Source of the DNA: Burkholderiales bacterium
Lineage (GTDB): Bacteria; Pseudomonadota; Gammaproteobacteria; Burkholderiales; SG8-39
DNA length: 64,000 nucleotides
Direction: 5' to 3'
NCBI GenBank assembly: GCA_035624235.1
Contig: DASPRX010000145.1
Coordinates: forward strand, 5,241 to 69,240
Below are positions 21,395-29,585 of the stretch, piece by piece; the first letter of the stretch is position 1, and each line of letters starts with the position of its first letter. The position numbers were made by a program, and so were the translations under genes. The notes under the pieces are model-generated. The model saw only the letters and a program-made list of their open reading frames with translations, was not told where the DNA came from and searched no databases.

Positions 21395-24300
21395 ATGGCC
21401 GCACCTCGCTTCGTCCATCTTCGGCTGCACAGCGAGTACTCGGTGACGGATGGAATTGTCCGCATCGACGAGGCCGTCGCGCGCGCCGCTGGGGACGAGA
21501 TGCCAGCGCTCGCGATGACGGACGCGGCGAATTTCTTCGGCATGGTGAAGTTCTACAGGGCGGCGCGCGCCGCCGGCGTTAAGCCGATCGTTGGTGCGGA
21601 CTGCTGGATCCAGAACGACGCGGACCGCGACAAACCGTTTCGGATGCTGCTCCTGTGCGCCTCGCGTGCGGGCTACCTGAAACTGTCCGAACTGCTTTCG
21701 CGCGCCTGGCTGAGGAACCAGCATCGGGCGCGCGCCGAGCTCGGGCACTCATGGCTTGAGGAGCTCGGCACCGAGGGCCTGATCGCGCTCTCTGGAGGAC
21801 CATCCGGGGATCTCGGCCAGGCACTCCTTGCCGGTAACGCAGGCCTCGCGGAGAAGGTCGCTCGCCGTTGGGCAAGCCTGTTTCGGGGGCGTTTCTACGT
21901 GGAGCTGCAGCGCGCCGGCTTGCCACAGGCCGAAACGCTGGTGACGCGCTCGGTCGAACTGGCGACGCGGCTCGACCTCCCTGTCGTAGCGACGCATCCG
22001 GTGCAGTTTCTCGCCCCTGAAGACTACAAGGCGCATGAGGCGCGCGTGTGCATTGCGCAGGGCTACGTACTCGGCGACAGGCGCCGGCCGCGCCTATTCA
22101 CGCCCGATCAGTACTTCAAGTCTCAGGCCGAGATGTCGCAACTGTTCGCAGACGTCCCGCAAGCGCTCGTGAACTCCATCGAGATCGCGCGCCGCTGCAA
22201 TCTGGAAATCGAGCTGGGCAAGAACCGGCTGCCTGCTTTTCCGACGCCGCCGGGAATCACGCTGGAGCAGTACCTCCGGGAGCAAGCCGAGGCTGGACTC
22301 GAGAGGCGCCTGGTGAAGCTGTATCGCGAGGAGGCGATGCGCGCGGCGCGGGCAGCGCAATATCGCGAGCGCCTGGCGTTCGAGCTGGAAACGATCGTGC
22401 ACATGGGATTCGCGGGCTATTTCCTCATCGTGGCCGACTTCATCAACTGGGCAAAGTCCAACGAGGTGCCCGTCGGCCCGGGACGCGGATCCGGCGCCGG
22501 CTCGCTAGTCGCCTACTCGCTCGGGATCACCGACCTCGACCCGCTCAAATACGATTTGCTGTTCGAGCGATTTCTGAATCCGGAGCGCGTATCGATGCCG
22601 GATTTCGACATCGATTTCTGCCAGGACGGCCGCGACAAGGTCATCAACTACGTACGCGCGCGCTACGGCGAGCAGAGCGTGTCGCAGATCGCGACCTTCG
22701 GTACGATGGCCGCGCGCGCCGTCGTGCGCGATTGTGGCAGGGTGCTCGACCTGGGCTACAACTTCTGTGACCAGATTGCCAAGCTCATTCCGGTGCAGCC
22801 CGGCAAGACGATCACTCTGCAGGATGCGCGCCAAATGGAGCCGCTGCTCGCCGAACGCGAGCGCAACGAAGACGAGGTGCGCGAGCTTCTAGAGCTCGGC
22901 GGAAAGCTCGAAGGCCTGACGCGCAACGTCGGCATGCATGCGGGTGGGGTGCTGATTGCTCCGGGGCGACTCACGGACTATTGCCCCCTGTACGCGGCGG
23001 AAGGCACCACGAACGTCATTTCCCAGCTCGACAAGGACGACGTCGAGGCAGTAGGCCTCGTGAAGTTCGATTTTCTCGGCCTGACGACGCTTACGGTTCT
23101 GGACTGGGCCGAGCGTTACGTGCGTGCGCTTGGGGACGAGGGCTTTGCCCTAGATCGCATCGCACTCGACGACCGCAGCGCCTACGCGCTGCTTGCGTCG
23201 GGCAATACGACGGCCGTGTTCCAGCTTGAATCCCGCGGCATGCGCGACCTCATCAAGCGTGCGCAACCGGACCGCTTCGAGGACATCATCGCGCTGGTCG
23301 CGCTCTACAGGCCCGGGCCGATGGACCTGATACCGGATTTCATCGCGCGCAAGCACGGCCAGGCGCCTGTCGAATACCTCGACCCGCGGCTCGAGCCGAT
23401 CCTTGGGCCGACCTACGGCATCATGGTCTATCAGGAGCAGGTAATGCAGATCGCGCAGGTAATCGGCGGATACACGCTGGGGGGCGCGGACCTGCTGCGC
23501 CGCGCGATGGGCAAGAAGAAGCCCGAGGAGATGGCCGAGCATCGGGACATCTTCGTCGCGGGCGCCGAAAAGGGCGGACTGTCGCGCGGCCGCGCGACGC
23601 AGCTCTTCGACCACATGGAGAAGTTCGCCGGCTACGGCTTCAACAAGTCCCACGCGGCGGCTTACGCGCTCATCGCTTACCAGACCGCGTACATGAAGGC
23701 GCATCACGCGTCGGCTTTCATGGCGGCCAACTTGTCTGCGGTGATGGACGATACGGACAAGATACGCGGGCTCCACGACGATAGTGTCCTGAACGGCCTC
23801 ACAGTGCTGCCGCCGGACGTGAATACGTCGGCGTACCGTTTCGTTCCGGTCGACGCAAAGACGATCCGCTACGGGCTGGGCGCGATTCGCGGCACCGGCG
23901 AATCGGCCGCGAAGGAGATCGTTCGCGTGCGCGAGGCGGGGCCGTTCCGAGATTTGTTCGATTTCTGCACACGCGTCGATAAACGCGTGGTCAACCGCCG
24001 CGCTATCGAAGCCCTGGTCCGGGCCGGCGCGTTCGACTCGCTCGATGCGAACCGCGCTAGCGCTCTAGCGAGCGTCGGGCGCGCCATCGAGGCCGCCGAG
24101 CAGGCCGAGCGACAGGCCGCGCAGGTGAGCCTGTTCGGCGAAGCTGACGCTGCGCGTGCTCAGGCGCTGCCGATGGCTGAGGCGAAGCCGTGGGATCTCA
24201 GGCAGAAGCTCACGGAGGAGAAGGCGGCGCTCGGTTTCTGTCTTTCCGGCCACTTGTTCTCGGTTTATGAGCGCGATCTGGCCGGTTTTCCGCGCGTCCC

Positions 24301-24838
24301 GCTGGCGCGCGTCCAGCCCTCGGACGGACGCGTCTGGCTGGCGGGCGTTGTCGCCTCCGCGCGCAGCCAAATGACGCGGCGTGGCCGCATGATGATCGTA
24401 ATTCTCGACGACGGCAGCGCGCAGCTCGAGGTCACCGTCTTCAACGAGCTGTTCGAGAAGCATCGCGACAAACTGAAGGAGGACGCCCCGCTGGTAGTGA
24501 ATGGCAAGGTGCAGCGCGACGATTTTTCCGGAGGGATGCGCGTCACGGCGGAGGAGTTGCTCGACCTTGCGGGAGTGCGCCAGCGCTTCGCGGCGCGCTT
24601 GCGGATCGAAATGAATGGTCAGGCAGACGCAAGGCGACTTGCTCAGTTGCTGGCGCCGTTCCGCGCGGGCGGCGACGGCAGTTGTTCGGTCCTGGTGCAC
24701 TATGAGAATGGCGTCGCATCCTGCGACGTCGCGCTCGGCGAGGCTTGGCGCGTGCGCCCGGACGGCGAACTTCTCGAACAGCTGGAGGCGTGGCTCACGC
24801 CCGAGAACGTGCACCTGGTGTACGCAAACTCAGTCTAG
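21395..24838 (+). CDS. dnaE: DNA polymerase III alpha subunit
   Basis: 1147 aa from MAAPRFVHLRLHSEYSVTDG (PHP domain), followed by the polymerase core and OB fold. The first 150 codons of track ORF 20945..24838 are Arg-rich and antisense to the EamA gene, so they are rejected. Confidence 0.95.
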   Translation: MAAPRFVHLRLHSEYSVTDGIVRIDEAVARAAGDEMPALAMTDAANFFGMVKFYRAARAAGVKPIVGADCWIQNDADRDKPFRMLLLCASRAGYLKLSELLSRAWLRNQHRARAELGHSWLEELGTEGLIALSGGPSGDLGQALLAGNAGLAEKVARRWASLFRGRFYVELQRAGLPQAETLVTRSVELATRLDLPVVATHPVQFLAPEDYKAHEARVCIAQGYVLGDRRRPRLFTPDQYFKSQAEMSQLFADVPQALVNSIEIARRCNLEIELGKNRLPAFPTPPGITLEQYLREQAEAGLERRLVKLYREEAMRAARAAQYRERLAFELETIVHMGFAGYFLIVADFINWAKSNEVPVGPGRGSGAGSLVAYSLGITDLDPLKYDLLFERFLNPERVSMPDFDIDFCQDGRDKVINYVRARYGEQSVSQIATFGTMAARAVVRDCGRVLDLGYNFCDQIAKLIPVQPGKTITLQDARQMEPLLAERERNEDEVRELLELGGKLEGLTRNVGMHAGGVLIAPGRLTDYCPLYAAEGTTNVISQLDKDDVEAVGLVKFDFLGLTTLTVLDWAERYVRALGDEGFALDRIALDDRSAYALLASGNTTAVFQLESRGMRDLIKRAQPDRFEDIIALVALYRPGPMDLIPDFIARKHGQAPVEYLDPRLEPILGPTYGIMVYQEQVMQIAQVIGGYTLGGADLLRRAMGKKKPEEMAEHRDIFVAGAEKGGLSRGRATQLFDHMEKFAGYGFNKSHAAAYALIAYQTAYMKAHHASAFMAANLSAVMDDTDKIRGLHDDSVLNGLTVLPPDVNTSAYRFVPVDAKTIRYGLGAIRGTGESAAKEIVRVREAGPFRDLFDFCTRVDKRVVNRRAIEALVRAGAFDSLDANRASALASVGRAIEAAEQAERQAAQVSLFGEADAARAQALPMAEAKPWDLRQKLTEEKAALGFCLSGHLFSVYERDLAGFPRVPLARVQPSDGRVWLAGVVASARSQMTRRGRMMIVILDDGSAQLEVTVFNELFEKHRDKLKEDAPLVVNGKVQRDDFSGGMRVTAEELLDLAGVRQRFAARLRIEMNGQADARRLAQLLAPFRAGGDGSCSVLVHYENGVASCDVALGEAWRVRPDGELLEQLEAWLTPENVHLVYANSV

Positions 24839-25854
24839 TCGCCGCGCGACCAGCGCACCGGGCACAGGTCCCTCGCGAGCAGTCCTCGGTAGTGTCGATA
24901 CCACGAATTGTCCAGGCGCTCGTCGGGATCGCGGCGCCTTTTCTCCGCGAGTAGCGACTTCAGCGCGGGATAGCAGGCCTCGGTTTGCTCGCGCGAAGCG
25001 TGAAACGTGCTGGCGATCGGAAAGCCTCCGCCGGCGGCAAGCGCAAGGTCGATCAGCTCGCGCCGCAGTTGCACGGCCCGCACGGTCCCGCCGATGGCCG
25101 GCGGCAATGCAAGCAGCAACGTCACCTCCGCGCACTCGCAGCGTGCCCAGCGAAGCATGGTTTCGTCTTCCGGAAGAACGCGGCGCACGCGCATGCCGCA
25201 GATCGGAATTCGCCGGTCCGCGCAGCGTTCGCGCACCTGCGCCAGCACGCCCTCCAGTCGGTGCGGCGGCACGAGCAGACCGAGCGAGCAATGCTCGCCG
25301 CCGTATTCGTTTTCCGGTATCTCGAGGATCGCGGCAGGCTGTGAATCGCGCGCACTGCGCAGCAGCGAGTCGACCCTGAGCGTGATGCTGTACGGCGCGC
25401 CGAACAGATCGTGGCCGCCGATGGCCAGCACGAAGAGCTCTTTGTTCGCGAACCGGCTGGCGCGCCGTAGCGACCCATCGGGCGTGACGAGGGCGAGCGA
25501 TTCGACGTGGGCGACCATGGGGCGCCCGTCCGGGCCGGCAGCATTGGCGGCGACGCATTCGCCGATGCTGGGCGGCATGTCGCCGCATTCGGCGAAGGAT
25601 TGCAGGTCGGAAGCGTGCTCGGCGAGGTAAGAGCAAAGCGCTCGCCATGGCGTGCCGACTTGCACCTCGACCAGCTGGCGTGCCGTGTCAAAGCGCAGCA
25701 CGCGGTCGAGGGCAGTGCGGTCCACGCCGATGGCACCTGGCTCGGGCTGGCGCATGGCGCTGCGCAATTCGTCCGCCGAGCGGACCCTGAACGTGCGTGG
25801 CGGCGCGGGCGGAGCGGGTTCTGGCAGCGAAGGCAGCGAAAGCGTCGCGAGCAT
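24835..25854 (-). CDS. FAD-binding (PCMH / FAD_binding_4-like) oxidoreductase family protein, divergent
   Basis: The middle of the protein resembles the second half of the PCMH FAD domain (GTPW..L..YLAEH, IGECVAANAAGPDGRP, HVESLALVTPDGSLRRAS, NKELFVLAIGGHDLFGAPYSITLRV). Start set to ATG 25854 with RBS GGGAGGA. Confidence 0.5.
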   Translation of the reverse strand: MLATLSLPSLPEPAPPAPPRTFRVRSADELRSAMRQPEPGAIGVDRTALDRVLRFDTARQLVEVQVGTPWRALCSYLAEHASDLQSFAECGDMPPSIGECVAANAAGPDGRPMVAHVESLALVTPDGSLRRASRFANKELFVLAIGGHDLFGAPYSITLRVDSLLRSARDSQPAAILEIPENEYGGEHCSLGLLVPPHRLEGVLAQVRERCADRRIPICGMRVRRVLPEDETMLRWARCECAEVTLLLALPPAIGGTVRAVQLRRELIDLALAAGGGFPIASTFHASREQTEACYPALKSLLAEKRRRDPDERLDNSWYRHYRGLLARDLCPVRWSRGD

Positions 25855-25922
25855 GGCGTCCTCCCTGGTCGTAAGTCGCGGCGAATTGTTGTTGCGGCGC
25901 TTCGTAGATCGCAATACGTCCG

Positions 25923-25951
25923 CGCAAAGTATCAAAATATGATACTTTGCG
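25923..25951. promoter_or_regulatory. 29-bp palindrome CGCAAAGTATCA-aaata-TGATACTTTGCG, a probable operator in a divergent promoter
   Basis: Read directly: 12-bp perfect arms with a 5-nt AT spacer. It lies in the AT-rich gap between the FAD-oxidase-like gene and the XRE regulator gene. Confidence 0.65.
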
Positions 25952-25955
25952 GCGC

Positions 25956-26708
25956 ATGCTGCAGAGTGCTCGCCTCGTCGACACGCTTAAGAAATGCCTG
26001 CGGGTACGTGGCATGACCTACGCCGATGTGGCGCGCGCGCTAGGGGTGTCGGAGCCGAGCGTGAAGCGCATGTTCTCGCGCGGCACCTTTACCCTCAGAC
26101 GAATCGAGGAAATCCTCGATCTGCTCGAGATGGATTTGTTCGAGGTTGCGCGCATGAGCCGAGGCGCGCGCGACGGCGCTGCCGAACTTGCGCTGGGGCA
26201 GGAGACGGCCCTCGCGAAGGACGAGCGCCTGCTGTCGGTGTTCTGGCTGTTGCTGAACGAGTGGCGCTTCGGCGAGATCCTTGAGGCGTACTCCATCACC
26301 CGGAACGAATTGACGCTCGCCTTCGCGCGCCTCGCCAGGCTGAAGCTGATCGATTGGGGCCCTGAGGAGCGCGCCCGGTTGCGTGTGGCCAAGGACTTTC
26401 GCTGGCGCGCCGGAGGGCCCGTGAAGAAGGCGTACGGCAAGCGAGTGACGCGGGAGTTCCTCGATGGCCGATTCGACGCTCCGCTAGAACTACTGCGTTT
26501 CGAGACACGCGAGATGTCCGCTGAATCCGCGGCGGTGCTCAGGCGCCGGCTGGAACGCGTGGTAGCGGAGTTCAACGACCTCGCAGAGGTCGATGCCGGG
26601 GCGGGTACCGCCCGTGGCATCGGGGTCGCCTTGCTGGTGGCGTGCCGCCCTTGGCAGTTTTCCGTCGTTAACGCGCTAAAGCGGCGCGGGGTACGTCAGG
26701 CGAGCTAG
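25956..26708 (+). CDS. XRE-family helix-turn-helix transcriptional regulator
   Basis: N-terminal HTH LRVRGMTYADVARALGVSEPSVKRMFS, plus a ~180-aa C-terminal domain of unknown type. ATG 25956 has no SD and sits ~12 nt after a TATGAT element, so the transcript may be leaderless. The track start at 25947 is a TTG. Confidence 0.75.
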   Translation: MLQSARLVDTLKKCLRVRGMTYADVARALGVSEPSVKRMFSRGTFTLRRIEEILDLLEMDLFEVARMSRGARDGAAELALGQETALAKDERLLSVFWLLLNEWRFGEILEAYSITRNELTLAFARLARLKLIDWGPEERARLRVAKDFRWRAGGPVKKAYGKRVTREFLDGRFDAPLELLRFETREMSAESAAVLRRRLERVVAEFNDLAEVDAGAGTARGIGVALLVACRPWQFSVVNALKRRGVRQAS

Positions 26709-26998
26709 ATCGTCGGCACGCGTTCGAAGGCGCTGTAGTTGCGTTGCAGTGCAGCAGGGACCTCCTGAACGGTCATTCGTGCAACCCGGGCCGCGGGCGG
26801 ACCGACGCGCGCCCAGCCGAGCAGCGCGTCCAGCGCCTCTCTGCGGCCCCGGATCATCGCCTCGACCGTGCCGTCGCGGCGGTTGCGCACCCAACCGGTG
26901 ACGCCAAGCCGTTCGGCCTCAAGGCGCAGCCCCTCGCGATAGCCGACGCCCTGCACCAGTCCGCCGACGCTTACATGCAATGTCACCGTGTCGCTCAT
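26705..26998 (-). CDS. acyP: Acylphosphatase
   Basis: 97 aa from MSDTV, with VSVGGLVQGVGYREG and VTGWVRNRRDGTVEAM, the canonical acylphosphatase signatures. Confidence 0.88.
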   Translation of the reverse strand: MSDTVTLHVSVGGLVQGVGYREGLRLEAERLGVTGWVRNRRDGTVEAMIRGRREALDALLGWARVGPPAARVARMTVQEVPAALQRNYSAFERVPTI

Positions 26999-27091
26999 TC
27001 GTGGCCTTGTTCCTATGTAGAGCGCCGGCCAGACGGCATGATAAAGTTTAGCCAGAACAACATCGTTGGTGCATCGTCCGGGGGGCAATGA

Positions 27092-27484
27092 ATGAGAAAC
27101 GTGCTATTGGCTGTTGCAGCGCTCGCCCTAATAGCGTTCGTCGTCGTCGCAGTGGTTCTGCCGCAAATGTCCGGCGCGGAGTCACGTGCGGCCGCCGAGG
27201 CGCTGATCGCGGGCGCAGATGGTGCCAAGAAGCAGGTCGAGGCGGCAGCACAGAAGTCCGGGAAACTGGACGGCGCGGGGCAAGGCTTAAAGATTGAGGC
27301 CAAGGTCGATCCCAAGCACGGTGAGATGAAGTGGCTCGTCGAAGGCAACGGGACAATACGTGCCTGGAATGCGAAAAACGCGATCGAAATCGCGATGACG
27401 CCGAGTCTGCGCGATGGCAAGACGAGCTGGATCTGCAAGGGTTATCCGAACGACGCCATGCCCGCTTCGTGCGGGGGAAGCTGA
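27092..27484 (+). CDS. Pilin-fold protein (type IV pilin-like globular domain) lacking a prepilin peptidase site
   Basis: 130 aa with an N-terminal hydrophobic helix, then LPQMSGAESRAAAEALIAGADGAKKQVE (resembles pilin IPQYQDYTARSQ..EAL). C-terminal W-x-C ... P-x2-C disulfide-loop pattern (SWICKGYPNDAMPASC). There is no G/FTLIE motif. Confidence 0.55.
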   Translation: MRNVLLAVAALALIAFVVVAVVLPQMSGAESRAAAEALIAGADGAKKQVEAAAQKSGKLDGAGQGLKIEAKVDPKHGEMKWLVEGNGTIRAWNAKNAIEIAMTPSLRDGKTSWICKGYPNDAMPASCGGS

Positions 27485-27505
27485 AGGCTTGACTCTTGCG
27501 GGGCG

Positions 27506-28021
27506 CTAACGGCGGGCGCGCTGCACGGCGGTCAGGATCCCCTGCATGACGGCAGCCGGTGCGGGAGGGCAACCCGGCACCGCGACGTCTACCGGAATCA
27601 CGTTCGCGACGCGCCCGCGGCTTGCATAGCCCTCGCCGAAGATCCCGCCGGTGCACCCGCAATCACCTATCGCCAACACGAGCTTCGGCTCAGGCACCGC
27701 GTCGTAGGTGCGGAGCAGTGCCGCTTCCATATTGCGCGAGACCGGCCCGGTCACCAGCAGCATGTCCGCATGCCGCGGGCTGGCCACAAAGCGGATGCCT
27801 AGACCCTCGATGTTGTAGTAGGGATTGTTGAGCGCGTGAATCTCCAGCTCGCAGCCATTGCACGAGCCGGCGTCGACGTGCCGGATCGCCAGCGCCCTGC
27901 CAATCAGGCGCAGCACTTCGTCGTTCAGCCGACCGCGCACCGTGCGCAGCGCGTCGTCTGGCGGGGGCGGCGCTTCGGTCTTGATGCCAACTTTCGCGAT
28001 CTGACGCAGCAGCTTGTGCAT
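27506..28021 (-). CDS. NuoB/HycG/HyfI-like small subunit of a group-4 hydrogenase-related complex
   Basis: 171 aa from MHKLL (ATG 28021). Four conserved Cys contexts for one [4Fe-4S] cluster: GSCNGCELE, IGDCGCTGG, VPGCPP. Confidence 0.85.
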   Translation of the reverse strand: MHKLLRQIAKVGIKTEAPPPPDDALRTVRGRLNDEVLRLIGRALAIRHVDAGSCNGCELEIHALNNPYYNIEGLGIRFVASPRHADMLLVTGPVSRNMEAALLRTYDAVPEPKLVLAIGDCGCTGGIFGEGYASRGRVANVIPVDVAVPGCPPAPAAVMQGILTAVQRARR

Positions 28022-28023
28022 GC

Positions 28024-29583
28024 TCAGAGATCCTGCCCCGCGTAAGACAGGTTGAAGGACTTGTTGATGAGCGGGAAGTCCGGGACGATGTTGCCGAGAA
28101 TGGCGTGTTCGAGCGCCGGCCAGTTCTGCCAGGACGGGTCGTGCGGATGGCAGCGGCGCACGGATCCGCCGGCGCCCGACTCGAGCGCAACGAATATCTC
28201 GCCGCGCCAGCCTTCGACCCAGCCGAGGCCCAGCGCACCGGCCTCGACGGGCGGCACCGGGACGCGACCGGCGCCCGGCGGCAGCCCGTCCAGGATGCGG
28301 CGCTCGATCCTGAGGGACTCGAGCAGTTCCTCGAACCGCACGTTTACGCGCGCAGCGACGTCGCCGTGCCGACGCGTACACATGCGCGGTTCGAGTCGGT
28401 CGTAGGGTGCACAGGCCGGATATACGCGCGCGTCGATCGCAAGGCCGCTGGCGCGCGCCGCGAGACCAACGACGCCTAGTGAAGCGGCAGTCTCCGCGCT
28501 CAATTTGCCACACGCGACGAAGCGGTCCTGCAGGCCCGCATGATCGTCGTAGATCGCGCGCAGGCGCTGGATTTCGAGCTCAAGCTGCACGGCCTCGTCG
28601 TGCAGCGACGCGATCCCGGCCGGCTCAAGATCGACGCAGACGCCGCCTGGCACGACGCAGTCCATCTGAAAGCGATGACCGAAGAGTTTCGCGTTCAGGC
28701 GCAGGACATTCTCCTTGAGGCGGGAGAACTGCGCCAGCCCGAAGGCCAGGCCGCCGTCATTGCCGAGGTAGCCAAGGTCGCCGAGATGATTGGCGATGCG
28801 CTCGCGCTCGAGCAGCAGCGCCCGCAGCAGCAACGCCCGCTCCGACGGCCGGGCCCCGGCCATCGATTCGAGTGCCATGGCGTAGGCCCATGCGTAGCCC
28901 ACGCTGCTGTCCCCTGAGATTCGCCCTGCCATGCGAATTGCCTCGTCGAGCTTCATCTGCTCGAAGCGCTTTTCCACGCCCTTGTGCTTGTAGCCGAGCC
29001 TTTCCTCGAGGCGCAGCACGCGCTCGCCGACGACCGAGAAGCGGAAGTGCCCCGGCTCGATCGTGCCCGCGTGCACCGGGCCGACCGGAATCTCGTGCAC
29101 GCCGTCTCCGTCCACCGTGACGAAGGCATAGCGGTCCTCGCCGCTGGTCCAGCTGGCGTCGCGCGCCACGTCGCGCCGTAGTGGAAAGACATCCTCTGGC
29201 CAAGCGGTGTGCCGCAGCCAGCCGCGTGGGTCCGCAGGCTGCCCAGCGCCGTTGATTGCGCGCGTTCCGACTAGATCGTAAGCCGCGCGCTGCATGCGAC
29301 CCGCGCAAGGAAAGATATCAGAGAGGTCTGGAAAGCTCGCTTGGTGTGCCGGCATCCTCAGTTCGAGGCATGCCAGCCCTTCGTAGCAGACCAGTAGCGC
29401 GTAGACGCGAAATCCGCCGCCGCGGTCGCGTTCGTCGCTTGACCAAAGTGCGCCGAGCCGCGCTCCCGCCGTGGCCGCAGACGCCGCCGCCGCGCGCCAG
29501 GCTTGGGCATCAAGCTCCGCGCGCCAAGCCGGCACGGCACCGGCGAGCGGCTTAAGCGGTATGCCGGGAAGCGAGGCGAGCAT
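28024..29583 (-). CDS. Fused NuoC/NuoD-like 'large subunit' (HycE/HyfG-like) lacking NiFe-binding cysteines
   Basis: Alignable by eye to E. coli HycE (VPVGPVHAGTIEPGHFRF, LGYKHKGVEKRFE, RRCHPHDPSWQNWPALEHAILGN). The L1 motif reads GRISGDSSVGY (28894..28923) and the C-terminal L2 motif reads SFNLSYAGQDL (28027..28059). Start set to ATG 29583 (TGAACATG after the upstream stop). An alternative start is 29619. Confidence 0.85.
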   Translation of the reverse strand: MLASLPGIPLKPLAGAVPAWRAELDAQAWRAAAASAATAGARLGALWSSDERDRGGGFRVYALLVCYEGLACLELRMPAHQASFPDLSDIFPCAGRMQRAAYDLVGTRAINGAGQPADPRGWLRHTAWPEDVFPLRRDVARDASWTSGEDRYAFVTVDGDGVHEIPVGPVHAGTIEPGHFRFSVVGERVLRLEERLGYKHKGVEKRFEQMKLDEAIRMAGRISGDSSVGYAWAYAMALESMAGARPSERALLLRALLLERERIANHLGDLGYLGNDGGLAFGLAQFSRLKENVLRLNAKLFGHRFQMDCVVPGGVCVDLEPAGIASLHDEAVQLELEIQRLRAIYDDHAGLQDRFVACGKLSAETAASLGVVGLAARASGLAIDARVYPACAPYDRLEPRMCTRRHGDVAARVNVRFEELLESLRIERRILDGLPPGAGRVPVPPVEAGALGLGWVEGWRGEIFVALESGAGGSVRRCHPHDPSWQNWPALEHAILGNIVPDFPLINKSFNLSYAGQDL

Positions 29584-29585
29584 GT

